Assembly (NCBI RefSeq): GCF_001194135.2 | Contig: NC_068981.1 | Span: 93,197,160-93,261,159 of the forward strand | Direction of reading: 5' to 3' | Length of the DNA: 64,000 nucleotides | DNA from: Octopus bimaculoides | Lineage: Eukaryota | Part shown: positions 1-12,200 of the stretch, one piece after another | Layout of the letters: every line of letters starts with the position of its first letter | Numbering within the stretch: the stretch's first letter is position 1 | Notes under the pieces: generated by a model | What the model saw: the letters and a program-made list of their open reading frames with translations, nothing else | Database searches by the model: none | What the model was told of the DNA's origin: nothing | Position numbers and translations under genes: made by a program

Positions 1-57
<57 letters not shown>

Positions 58-198
58 CACGGGAATCTGAGGGACAACAACCACCCTTACCACTACCCCA
101 CCCCTGCTACTATTGCTGTTGCTGCAACCACTGCTGCTACTACACATAAAAGCAATATTGTCAGTTATATATGTGATGTTAGTAATAATAATAATAAC

Positions 199-275
<77 letters not shown>
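1..275. repeat. (TAA)n microsatellite tracts (1-54 and about 181-275) with a short spacer
   Basis: Direct reading of long ataataat runs. The second tract abuts the 5' end of the R4/Dong-like element. Confidence 0.97.
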
Positions 276-278
<3 letters not shown>

Positions 279-3200
279 AAGGAACCGGGTAGAGCTTCCT
301 CTTCTCCATGGGCTGATTAATAATAATCTAGTAATGGTGTCACAATAAAAATCACTGGTAACTGCGCAACCTGATAATCGCTACCTCTATTGAGTGACAA
401 TGAAAAAACAAAATATTGTGAATAACGGTGGTAATGAAACTGAAGCCATTGATGGTGACAGTGTTACACCCGGTAGGCTCGGAGGTTTTGATCCGGCTGC
501 AGCCTATCGATATCCAGAAAGGGACTACCACACACGGCGAAGATGGAGCAAACAAATTTATGCGGTGGTCATGGAGTGTTACTATCTGAGCTGCCCGGTG
601 GATGAAAATGGTGCTCAAATTAGGGGTTACCGACAACGTATGCATGGTCATTGGAGAGAAAAGTGATTGTTTCAACTCACGGAACACACGGAACAGAGAC
701 TATGTGATCAAGCTAGAGAAATAATAAAAAAAGATGTTGGATCATAGAAGTACGGCTCGAAGCTATCAAAAGACGCGTCATGGAAAATAGCAGCAGAGAT
801 TACAATGAAAACACAGTTCTTACTAATAAGAGTAATCCCAGAGCACAGGAAAGGCGCAATGGTAGTTTACTTTATGAAAGACATATAGATGATCTAAAAG
901 AAGACAATAAAACTAATGGTGACATGACAGATGAACAGAAGGCAATCTACGACAGAATAAAGGTAAGACTACAGGCAGCAAGTATTGTTGTAGCAGGAAA
1001 CGTGGTTGTTGATGTCAAGAAAAAGAAACATAATGGGAGTGACAAAAGAAAAGATCCTTGGTGGAAAAGTAGAATCCACGCAGGGTTAGACATGCTCTCG
1101 AAAGAAATCTCTGTGTTAGACCGAAAAGAGAAAGGGGAGCTTAAAAAGTGAACAAAAATACTTTGCGCTGAAAAGGAAGTATAATATTGAAAGAAAGGCC
1201 TGAAAGTAGTAGTGGAGGAACTGAAACAGGGCCTCGTTGCAAAGAAAGCAAAGATGGTAAGATAGGACCAAAGAATGAAGGGTTACCACCAGAATAGGTT
1301 ATTCAGAGTAGATCAGAAGAGATTCTATAAAGAAACAAATGAAGAGTGTACAGATGAAAAGTTGATACCAGTTAACATTGAAAGTCAAAGATTTTGGAGT
1401 GACATCTGGAGCAAAGATAAGGAGTACAAGAAGGATGCTGAATGGTTGCAAGAACTTAAACAAACAGTAGTCTGTCCAAAACAGGCAGAACTAGTAATTT
1501 CAGTTAGGGAAGTGAAGGAAATCAGCAAAAAAATTGCAACTGGAAGGCCCCTGAACCAGATGGAGTTCAAGGCTACTGGATCAAAAGATTTCGTGAATGT
1601 GATGCACGAATAGCTGCGCAACTCAACATCTTGTTAAATGCCGATCAAGAAACACCAGAGTGGTTGACATCGGATAGGACAATGCTGTGCCTGAAAAACA
1701 TCGAAAAAGACAATACGGTAGGCAATAACAGACGGCTGATATCCTGTCTGCCACTGGTGTGGAAGTTACTGACTGGAATACTCGCAGAATCAATGTACGA
1801 ACATGTGGAAAAAATGGAGTCCTGCCACATGATCAGAAGGGTTGCAAGCGTAAGTGCAGAGGTAACATAGATTAACACCTGATAGACAAAACTGTACTTA
1901 GAGACTGCAACAGGAGGAAAAGTAACTTAGCCATGCCATGGATCAACTATCGTAAGGCGTACGATATGATCCCACATTCTTGGATTACGGAGTGTATGAA
2001 CGTATTTGGTATTGCATCGAATGTTGAGCGATTGCTTGGAAAAAGTATGGTGATTTAGAGGACTGACCTGACAACATATGGAAGAAGTTTAGGGACAGTA
2101 GAAATTAGGAAGGGCATCTTCCAAGGGGACGGCTTGTCCCCACTGATCTTTGTAATGTGATTGATACCACTAACACAGATTCTAAGGAAAGCAAAAGCTG
2201 GGTATGTATTCAAAAGTCGCAAACAAAAAGTCAGCCATTTGTTATTCATGGATGACCTCAAACGTTATGGTAAAGATGAAGACCAAGTCAATTCCTTCGT
2301 TGATACAGTGTATACCTTCAATGCTGATATCAGAATTGAGTTCGGACTGAGAAAGTGTGGTGTGTTACACTTAAACAGAGGCAAAATCAAATGTATGGAC
2401 AGGCTAACGATACCATCGGAGACGGTTATGAAGCAGATAGAAGAGACGGGCCATAAGTACTTGGGGATTTTGGAAATGGTTAAATTGATGGAGAAAGAAA
2501 TGAGAGAAAAATTTAAAGTGGAGTACTTGCGCGCACTGAGACTGAAACTTAAGTCGAAATTAAATGGACGGAATACGATGGAAGTTATCAAAACCTGGGC
2601 GGTTTAACTCCTTAGAGCAGGAGTAATCGCATGGACAAGAAACGAACTAAACAACTTCGACAGAAAGACAGAAAGAATAGGAAGCCGGACATAGTCCTAA
2701 TTGAGAAACAAAAGGAACTAGATGTGGGTCATTCCACCCAACAGACAGACAGATTGTATGCACCAAGAAAAAGATGGGGAAGATGACTGATTGGATGCGA
2801 ACACAGCATTAGAGCAGAAGAAAACAACATAGCATGGTATGAAAATAATGCATGCCACAGAACTGCTCTTATTAGAAGTAGGAACGTCAAGCTTGTGTAG
2901 GATGAAAGATTGCAACGATAAAGCACTGTGCAAGAAATTGAAAACGAATGAAACTGCAAGTAGGTGGGTAAAGGAATGAGTGCATGGTCAATTTCATAGG
3001 GATGTTGAAGATAAGACAGATAAAGAAAAAAGATGGCTAAGAGTGATTTAAAACCGGAAACGGAGGCTCTAATCTGTGCTGCCCAAGAGCAAGCACTAAG
3101 AACAAACTACATAAAATACAAAATATACAACACAGCAGAAAGTGATGAGTGCAGAATCTGTGGCGAAAACGTATGGCATATTACCAGCCAATGTACGCCA

Positions 3201-3763
3201 TTATCCCAGAAGGAATATAAGAGACGCCGCGACATTATATCCAGGCGTGTCCATTGGACACTCTGCAACAAGTATGGACTTGACAGAGCAAAATCTTGGT
3301 ACGACCACAAACCTGAAGGCATCGTCGAAAATAGAAATGCAAAGATCCTATGTGATTTTATGATTCAGTACGGCCATGAGATAAAGAATAGGAAGCCGGA
3401 CATAGTCCTAATTGAGAAACAAAAGGAACTATGCTGGGTCATAGATATAGCATGCCTAGCTGACAACAATGTATGCGATAACGAAGAAAGAAAAGTTAAG
3501 ATATGACAGGTTGTGGTCGATGAAAAAGTTAGCAGTAGTACCTATAATTGTCGGAGCCCTGGGAACAATGAGCAAAAGTCTTGAGAAGTACGTGGAACAA
3601 ATAGGGGCTGCAGTAAGTTTGGATCTCTTGCAGAAGCAGCGCTGCTTGGAATCGCTCGAATAGTCCGGAAGGTGCTCGAAAAATAAGAGGTGTTACGTTA
3701 GTTCACTGGTAGTGAACAGCTGACACTGTAGAACATCTCCAGAATTAGAAGCTGTGCAAAGGC
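276..3763 (+). mobile_element. Near full-length, inactivated R4/Dong-clade non-LTR retrotransposon (RT plus restriction-like endonuclease)
   Basis: N-terminal RRRWSKQ..VVMECYYLS..GYRQRMHGHWREK is typical of R4/Dong ORFs. RT motifs: ISCLPLVWKLLTGIL, YRKAYDMIPHSW, GIFQGDGLSPLIF, HLLFMDDLK, EFGLRKCG, KYLG. C-terminal C-x2-C..H..C knuckle (CRICGENVWHITSQC) and RLE motif RKPDIV..VIDIAC. Flanked by (TAA)n on both sides. Confidence 0.93.
394..3686 (+). pseudogene. Disrupted single ORF of the R4/Dong element (RT-CCHC-RLE polyprotein)
   Basis: ORF pieces 394-666, 780-1151, 1275-1613, 1631-1870, 2161-2607, 3033-3506 and 3469-3663 are collinear parts of one polyprotein broken by stops and frameshifts. 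It ends at RIVRKVLEK* (3686). Confidence 0.9.
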
Positions 3764-3788
3764 AATAATAATAATAATAATAATAATA
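3764..3788. repeat. (TAA)n tract at the 3' junction of the R4/Dong element
   Basis: The sequence ggc-aataataat... follows the element 3' UTR directly. Confidence 0.95.
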
Positions 3789-3825
3789 GTGCTCTATTAC
3801 TGCATCAAAGCCGTTATTCCGTATT

Positions 3826-4572
3826 TTGGCAAATGAGATAGATAAGATTAGCAAAGAAAGTTACACCTTCATGCATAATTTTAGCAAACACAAATCCATA
3901 TCTGACAGAATTCCTTTAGTGATTAAGCGGCACCGAAATTTCGGTGGTATTTCAAAATTGTTGCATGAATGTTACCAGCATGTTTTGGAAAAATATCCTC
4001 ATTTCAAACAGATATTTCTTCGGCCGCCTATTGCACCCTTTAGATGGAATAAAAATATAAGAGAACTATTGACCTCTATTTCTGACGCCTACAAAAATAA
4101 CATTGGAGTATCTGCACGCTGTACCTTGAAAAACAGCCGCAAGAGAAGTAAGCCCATTTCATTGTGCGACAGCTCTATCAGAAATCATAACAGAAATATT
4201 ATGATTTATACAGAAGATGGGACACGTAGAGATTCCCAATTGTTGTAGGCGGCAGAATGCACGGAACACAACTCTATTTATGTTGGCTGTACAACAGAAC
4301 AATTAAACAAATGGTTTAATGGGCACATATATGACGTCAGGCACAATAACAATACTTAGACAGAACTTGCCGAACATTTAATTTCAAACGGCTGCAATTT
4401 TGAAAAAGACTTGAATATGCATATTCTCAGAAAATATTCTGAATCTGCTTCCCTTTCAAAACTCCAAATGTATGAGGAGAAATATGTTTGCGCGTTATTA
4501 ACACCACACCCTGAAGGAATGAATAAAATTACAGGAGAATATTCTCAAAGTTACATAAAACTGTTTGATTGA
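3826..4572 (+). mobile_element. Penelope-like element 3' fragment (linker plus GIY-YIG endonuclease), pseudogenised
   Basis: Reading through two TAG stops in one frame gives RIPLVI..FKQIFLRPPIAPFRWNKNIRELL..LL*AAECTEHNSIYVGCTTEQLNKWFNGH..TELAEHL..YEEKYVCALLTPHPEGMN. This matches the PLE GIY-YIG pattern (xYxxxC...YVGxT...RxxxH...E...GxN). Confidence 0.85.
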
Positions 4573-6848
4573 ATATTCTTCTTTCTTTTCCTTTCCTTTT
4601 TTATCGCTTTTTCATTTCGCCAGTTATAAAACTGAATTTTCATCACTTTTTTATTTTGAACTCGACAAAGACAGTCTTACTCTCTAAATAGCGTTCAACC
4701 AATAGAACATCTAGTGCGATGGCATCGCGCTCTTCGTCTTGTCAACTACTACTACTATTATTATTGTTGTTGTTGCTGCTTTTGTTACAAATTTTGGCCA
4801 CAAGGATGGAGTGTTTCTATGTTTCTATCCGTTTCTTCCAAGTTTCTTCTATCGCTCCAATTCACTAAACCTTATTGATTCTATTGTAATCGCACTTTTC
4901 AAGGCTACTGTTAATATGATTTTAATTTGCTCATTTGGGCTCGGAAAGCTTGGATTACCAGAAGCAGGGTCTCTGCCTACTCAGTCTATCTATGTTGACG
5001 ATACACATTACAAATGTGTGGCTTGTTTTGAGACAATTTTAAATTGTGAACAACCCAATCTGTTCATATTCTACTAGTCGAATAATTACTCTATGTAGAT
5101 AAAAATATTGTTGATCTGGGAAATCCAGTCAGACAGTTGGAAACTGTGTCAGAGTTTTACATAATATTCTGCTTTCAGGTGACCCTACACAATAAAGACA
5201 CATCTAAGATGGCGTTCTGATAGCTTAGTAACAGTAAAGAGTGGCGCATTCCGAGGTAACTCTTCAGACACCTGAAGAAATACGGCTGTCTATCTCTTTC
5301 AAGAGCATAAATTACTCATCTAAACGCATTCGCTTAATTAATGTTTACATATAGGACCAAACTTTTCCTTGGGAGATCTATTCCCTACCGAAACGAGAGA
5401 GTAACTCCATCTCTCAATACTTCTCCACTAGCTGGTATGTACACTTAATATCCATCGAAAAGTTTTGTTATTGTAACACAGTTTCAGAAACGTGCTAGGT
5501 TGCTTACTTCCTGGTTACATTGTAGTTCTGTTGGAAAGAAATGAATATACGAGAACTGAGATATAAAAAAAAATGATGTGATTTTGATCAATTATCACTT
5601 GAAACAGGTTCCCCAGAATGGCTGCCGTCCATGAGGGAGACCAATGAGACGGAAAATATATATTTGAAAATTTGCTGGCAGTATTTTTTATCTTTACATT
5701 GAGCATGTTGTCCTTTCAAAACTTTTTAACATTTAAGACTGTCATAGAATTTTCACTTCTTCTAAAGTCCTTACTGTGTGCATTAACCACATTAAAAAGA
5801 AATCCTAGCATATTTTGATTATCACTTACCATAACGATTCAAAAATAAAAATATTACATATAAATAGTTCTGTACGGCAACATCAAATGAATTGTTCTCA
5901 AGTGTAACCTAGAAAATCTCTTATTGTGATTGACCAGTGATCTCTGACACCTTTCTTGTATGCAGTTCATTCAGATTTAGCTGGAAAGAAAATAACGTAT
6001 ACTATGACAAGATGACGAAATAGTTAACACGATGTTGGTTCTGCTAGAATAGACAAAACATTTCAAGTGTGAAAGAAGCTAATTGCAACTTGTTGAGTGG
6101 AAAATTAGTAAACGTACTTTGGCAGTATCTAGCTGATAGATCAATAAGCCGTTAAAATCATGGAGATGCGTCTAATTTAACATTAGAATGAAGAATAAAG
6201 TTTCAGGGTCTTCTATTATTTATAATATTTATTTCATGTTAGTACAAAACATTAGCCATCCTAGTACGATCTGAGTTATGCTTAAACAAACAAACCATTT
6301 ATATTTTGCAATAAACGTTAAATATTTTCAATGTAACGGATAGATAATAATTATAGAAACGTGTGCTCTGTTGACTCCGACTCTTTTGATGTTTAGCTAT
6401 ATCAATATGTGAACCTAATCGATGAAAATGGATAAACACGTACCAAAATTAACGGTTGTCATTAGGCACGTGGCCAAACTTTGATATCAAAATGCGCATT
6501 AGATTCAATCAATCTACACTTTAGTGGCATTCATAGATTCGTAAATCGATCTCTGACGACGGTAAGGCTAAATTTACTTTGGCACATTTTGAACCAAAAA
6601 TTTGCAGGTTCTAAAATTAGCACAGAAAGATGAGGAATAAAACTTTGTTCTTTCATTTTTAATGATTATATTCTGCATGTTTTCTTCCCTTGCTCTCTCT
6701 CTCCCTCTCTCCATCTCCCTCTCACTCACTCTCTCCCCTCCCTCTCCCCCCTCTCTCTCTCTCTCTCTCTTCATGCACACATCAACATATAAATAAATAC
6801 TTAAACACATTTACACACATACGCACTCATATATATATATATATATAT

Positions 6849-7305
6849 NNNNNNNNNNNNNNNNNNNNNNNNNNNNNNNNNNNNNNNNNNNNNNNNNNNN
6901 NNNNNNNNNNNNNNNNNNNNNNNNNNNNNNNNNNNNNNNNNNNNNNNNNNNNNNNNNNNNNNNNNNNNNNNNNNNNNNNNNNNNNNNNNNNNNNNNNNNN
7001 NNNNNNNNNNNNNNNNNNNNNNNNNNNNNNNNNNNNNNNNNNNNNNNNNNNNNNNNNNNNNNNNNNNNNNNNNNNNNNNNNNNNNNNNNNNNNNNNNNNN
7101 NNNNNNNNNNNNNNNNNNNNNNNNNNNNNNNNNNNNNNNNNNNNNNNNNNNNNNNNNNNNNNNNNNNNNNNNNNNNNNNNNNNNNNNNNNNNNNNNNNNN
7201 NNNNNNNNNNNNNNNNNNNNNNNNNNNNNNNNNNNNNNNNNNNNNNNNNNNNNNNNNNNNNNNNNNNNNNNNNNNNNNNNNNNNNNNNNNNNNNNNNNNN
7301 NNNNN
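6849..7305. other. Assembly gap (N run). Other gaps: 17743-18620, 20505-20514, 21530-21951, 23511-24219, 25565-25781, 29545-29586, 35005-35064, 38005-38599, 44539-44752, 45854-45950, 58129-58347, 63225-63418
   Basis: N characters. Most runs are bordered by (TA)n, (CA)n or (TG)n. Confidence 1.
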
Positions 7306-7343
<38 letters not shown>

Positions 7344-7993
7344 TGTGTGTGTGTGTAAATGTATGTATGTATGCGTGCGTGTGTGCGTAAACCTACGTAG
7401 GAGAAACACAAAATAGTGTTTAAATATTCTTCAAATATTTACAAGAAAAATGTTTATGCCGTATGAAAGCAAATGAAGACCGTTAACCAGCATGTCAAAG
7501 TCAGTGCACCAAATGTATCAGTGACATTTTGATAAATTACTCCGAATCGTGCGAAAGTTCCCGAAAAACTACAGTTACTTGCTTCTACTCGGTACTATTC
7601 GCCCAACAATGGCTGGTTTCCATATTAGCACATTTTCTCAAAATGAGTTTTGGGTGGTTGGTGCTCTTACAATATTTATAGAGCACTCAACGTGAAAACA
7701 GAGACGTACCCAATATTATATCTAAAAGTCTTTTCTTACTGTATTCCAGATGGGACGATTTTTCAAAAATATCACAAAATGCCACCTGAAATCAACCTAA
7801 CCACCTGAAATCAAGATTCTTATGAATGAAATCTACATGCTTTTCGGCAACGATTAACAGAATATGGCATAAAAGAATTTCTTTGATCATTGATTTTCAT
7901 AATTAATTTATGTCTGAGAACAAATCACCCAATCATCGAATTATATACTAATAAATTAAACATTAAAAAAAAAAAGAATTAGAAAATCGTTAC

Positions 7994-8157
7994 GGAAGTG
8001 GCTGTGTGGTAAGTAGTTTGCTTACCAACCACATGGTCCAGGATTCAGTTCCCCTGCGTGGCACTGTGGAGGAGTGTCTTCTATCATAGCCTCGGGCCGA
8101 CCAAAGCTTTGTGATTGGATTTGGCAGACGGAAATTGATACAAGCCCGTTGTATATG

Positions 8158-8222
<65 letters not shown>

Positions 8223-8513
8223 GTGTGTGTGCGTGTGCGCGTGTGTGTGTGCGTGTGCGCGTGTGCGTGTGTGCGTGTGCGTGTGCGCGTGTGTGTGTGC
8301 ATGCGTGTGTGTATATGTTAGTGTGTCTACCTCTGTCTCACACCATCGCTTGACGACTGATGTTGGTGTGTTTACGTCCCCGTAAATTAGGGGTTCTGCA
8401 AAAGAGTACTAGGTTTACAAAAAATAGGTCCAGGGGTCGATTTTTTCGACTAAAAGTGGTGCTCCAGAAAGGCCGCTGTCAAATGGCTGAAACAAATAAA
8501 AGAATAAAAGAAT
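7994..8513 (+). mobile_element. tRNA-derived SINE with an internal (TA)n/(TG)n tract
   Basis: A-box-like TGGCTGTGTGG (7999-8009) and B-box-like GGATTCAGTTCCC (8041-8053). The body after the microsatellite (caccatcgcttgacgac..gtttacgtccccgtaa..) and the tandem aaaagaat tail resemble octopus SINEs. A diverged 3' half recurs at about 20815-21030. Confidence 0.85.
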
Positions 8514-8748
8514 GTGAATGGACTTGTTTCTGAGAAGATTAAACTTATTCAGGATCACCCTAGAGCATGTGCCCTTGTGTATCTGTTTATAGATGTGTGG
8601 ATCATTGAAGGAGGACATTTGTTTCAACAGTAAGCGAAACATGGCAACACATCTACTTTGGCGCCAAGCGCCCAAAGCAGTGAATCCAAATTTCTATTTG
8701 TAGGGAATCTCTTATACCCTATTTGAGCTGTAATATTATTGCCACTTA

Positions 8749-8890
8749 AGGCGGCGAGCAGGCAGAATCGTTAGCACGTCGGGTAAAATATTTAGTGGCA
8801 TTTCGTCCATCTTTATTGTTTAAGTTCAGATTCCGTCGATAAACTAACTGCAGAGTCGATAAAGTAAGTACCAGCTGTGCACTGAAGTGG
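8749..8890 (+). mobile_element. Short tRNA-derived SINE (ggcggcgagctggcagaatcgttagc family), 5' part
   Basis: Head similar to the copies at 18660-18865 (-), 42425-42630, 43490-43670 and 62286-62500. Confidence 0.8.
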
Positions 8891-8894
8891 ATAT

Positions 8895-9087
8895 CCTCTA
8901 CTTAGCCTTTCTCACAAAATTCCTGGACTTCTGCCAAAATTTGTATCCGATATTAGGGCCATCTATTACCGTAGTCGCAAATTTCATACGCTTGAAAGTA
9001 TCATGTATCTCTATAAGGCCACCATTCAACTCTGCACTGACTATTGCTGTCACATTTAGACTATTGCCTCGTTTGATCAAATCCCTT
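8895..9087 (+). mobile_element. LINE 3'-region fragment (clade unassigned)
   Basis: Translates to ..YRSRKFHTLESIMYLYKA..LCTDYCCHI, a post-RT LINE motif (LYKxxIRPxxEYCxHIW type). Similar to 11390-11515. Confidence 0.7.
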
Positions 9088-9145
<58 letters not shown>

Positions 9146-9190
9146 TGTTGTTGTTGTTGTTGTTGTTGTAGTAGCAGCAGCAGCAGCAGT
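9088..9190. repeat. Compound trinucleotide microsatellite (TAG)n-(TTG)n-(CAG)n; a second (TAG)n lies at 9477-9519
   Basis: Direct reading. Confidence 0.95.
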
Positions 9191-9473
9191 TGTCATATCT
9201 TTATATTTAAAATTGTATTATAAGAGTTCAAGCAGAAATATTCTCAGAGATGGTAGACACATTGATTCTGTATCGCAACGCACCGATGACATAAGATACA
9301 TCAAATTTCTTGATAAAATAACCAATGTGTAGCTTTACTACGGATAGAAAACGGCATTTCTTGCCAAAATTTTAAAGCTAAAGGATCAATATGTTCAAAA
9401 GCTAATCATCTGTTTCCTACGGGTAAAACTTACCCACCTCCTCCGAAATTTCAAGCCTTGTGCCCATACTACA

Positions 9474-9519
<46 letters not shown>

Positions 9520-9931
9520 CAGTTGTCATATCATATTACTACCTTCCACAGAATTATCGTTCGCATGTAGTATGACTTGCACTGTCATGATATAATTTGG
9601 TTCTTGCGATGAGTGTTGCCATTTTGAATAGCCGGAGAATTGTTCTTCTATCTCAATGTAAATAATCCACGAAATAAAGTATGGTGAAATAATTGCTTTT
9701 TCAACAATAAGGTACATTTTTGCGTGATAGGAAATCATAATATATGATTCCATGAATACTTAGAACGTCCTTACCGTTTAATATTCTATTGGCTAAAATC
9801 ATGAAGTAACTTTTGGAGGAAAATAACCAAAGAAAAAGCGAATTTCACGAACCGTTTCCAAAAAATATACTTACATTAAACAAGTAATTGCACACCTTTC
9901 CTTAAAAGAATTAAGCCAACTACAACTCACG

Positions 9932-10304
9932 TGTAGTTGTTGGCACTCCGTCGCTTACGACGTCGAGGGTTCCAGTTGATCCGATCAACGGAACAGCCTG
10001 CTCGTGAAATTAACGTGCAAGTGGCTGAGCACTCCACAGACACGTGTACCCTTAACGTAGTTCTCGGGGATGTTCAGCGTGACACAGTGTGATAAGGCTG
10101 ACCCTTTGAATTACAGGCACAACAAAAACAGGAGGTAAGAGTGAGAGAAAGAGTACAGCAGGCTTCGCCACCATCCCCTGCCGGAGCCTAGTGGAGCTTT
10201 AGGTGTTTTCGCTCAATAAACACTCGCAACGCCCGGTCTGGGAATCGAAACCGCGATCCTATGACCGCGAGTCCGCTGCCCTAACCACTGGGCCATTGCG
10301 CCTC
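9932..10304 (-). mobile_element. Full-length tRNA-derived SINE with a probable 9-bp target-site duplication
   Basis: Minus strand reads GAGGCGCAATGGCCCAGTGGTTAGGGCAGCGGACTCGCGGTCATAGGATCGCGGTTTCGATTCCC (A and B boxes, cloverleaf-like). The direct repeat acaactcac lies at 9922-9930 and 10308-10316. Confidence 0.9.
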
Positions 10305-11159
10305 TACACAACTCACATATATACAGGGAGAAAGACTAATCTGCATTTAGTAGCAATACAAAATTGAAATGCAAGCAAAACAATATATAAATGAAATATA
10401 CATGTGAAATAGAAACTCCTTAATATTTTGTATTTGCGTTTCCTTGTTGATTTAGATTGTTTAGAGATTCTGCTCTCTGCAAGCAGTTCTTTTTATTTAA
10501 CATACTTCGTAACTCTTTTGGCTTTCTAGAATGATGCTTCAAGCGAAAAATCACTAAAATACATCCAACACTACACTAACCAGAACAATCAACACAGCTC
10601 CATTAACTGCAATGTGTTTTTCATATTTGTTTAGCTGGTTTGAATCATTCTATTTCAATATATAGTTGAAATGCCATATGTACTTTATACCGTTCTGTCT
10701 GGCGAAATGCTTATGATGCTTATATTTATGTTTCATGTTCTGCATGTGAATCACAGTGTTCTCTGAACGGTGTCAGTATTGATTATAATTAACAGAATTT
10801 GGCATTCATGCGATATGGCAGGGCTTGTTTATAATCTTCATCTGGCGTTGTTTTCATTGGCCCTAAATTACTGCTGTGTTACAACGGATGATCCACAATC
10901 TACAATTAATGTATGGCTGTGCTCTTAGAATGTTGCATGGATCCAATTGCCTCAGGTGATTCATTGCCTATCTTATTTACTTGTTTAACAATAATTAACA
11001 CAATTCTTACTCATTTAAGTATAAATCCCTCGCGATTCTGTACTTGATAATACTAATTTCCTCCTTTTTCTTAATGACATTCCTGATCATATTTTTAAAC
11101 TCGCCATTTATACGAATGACACCCTGTTTACCCCTGCCATGACAAAATTAATTGCTTTG

Positions 11160-11860
11160 AGCAAGATGGCTTTTTTGAGGATGATCTTCGCACGGTGATG
11201 GAGGTGGGTAGTCGCTGGCTGATGAAGTTTAATGCTGGAAAGCTGAAGCTCTTATCAATTAATCATTATAGGTAGCCATTCCTTTCTTACATTGCTATAG
11301 GTGAAGTTCATCTTACCGAAAAATAATGTATCCAACTACTTGGAATGTATAAATCCAGTCTATTGTGATATCGGATAACCAGAAGGTTAATCTCTTTATC
11401 GTAGTTGCAAATTTCATACGCTTGAAAGTATTATGTATCTCTATAAGGCCATTTTTCAACTCTGCACTGACTATTGCTTTCATATTTAGACTATTGCCTC
11501 GTTTGATCAAATTCAGAATCGTGTTGTTAACATTGCGGCTCCGCTTACTTCTGCAAGATTAGGTTCTTTAGCTCCTCATCTTTTAACTTGGTGGTAGACT
11601 TTGGCTGACCGTCGATGTGTTGTGTTGTGTCTATGATCACAGTTATTAACTTTTTGGTCTAGTGGCCTCTGTCAAGAACTTAAACTTGTTACCTGCTTAT
11701 CTTACCACGTGCATCGTTTCTCTGTTGAGCTTGCTGTTTGTCATAAATCTTTTTATACTAATACCTTCATTTGGGTGCTGATCTTTGGGAGTCAATATTA
11801 TCGAAATCTTTTGAATTTATAGACCTTTCCTTATTTAACGTTCCTTAAGCTACAGTGGCC
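11160..11860 (+). mobile_element. LINE RT C-terminal and 3' fragment (clade unassigned), degenerate
   Basis: Reads ..EDDLRTVME(W)GSRWLMKFNAGKLKL..QLLG..SIMYLYKA..DYC..ADRR.. in shifting frames, the thumb and C-terminal region of an APE-type LINE RT. Confidence 0.72.
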
Positions 11861-12074
11861 TCAGGCATTATTTGAGAGAAAATCGTAGAAAAAAAGGCCT
11901 ACCCGATTACTCATAATGCATCTCACAGGCGAGGTGTACATTATGCACATTTTAGAAATATATAGCAAAATATTATAGGTATGAAAACACGACAGAATAA
12001 TGATTATATTATAGAGAGAGAGATTGAAGATTGCATGTTGGTTCAATGATGATTTCTATTCGAATGTGACTAGA

Positions 12075-12075
12075 C

Positions 12076-12156
<81 letters not shown>
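12075..12156. repeat. (TAGA)n tetranucleotide microsatellite; others near 24498-24565, 26604-26672 and 31627-31685
   Basis: Direct reading. Confidence 0.95.
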
Positions 12157-12200
12157 TCCGCTATATCCGCTACATCCCTCTGCAATTCTCTCTCTATATA

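Noticed and set aside
276-400. HDV-like ribozyme in the 5' leader of the R4/Dong element
   Set aside because: A possible P1 (GGGUAG/CUACCU) exists, but I could not place P1.1, P3/L3 or the catalytic C in the required order.
5360-5410. Degenerate HHR (GGGA..TCCC..CGAAAC) downstream of the first PLE fragment
   Set aside because: The 5' half of the core is absent. It could be a decayed terminal-repeat ribozyme, but this copy cannot support that.
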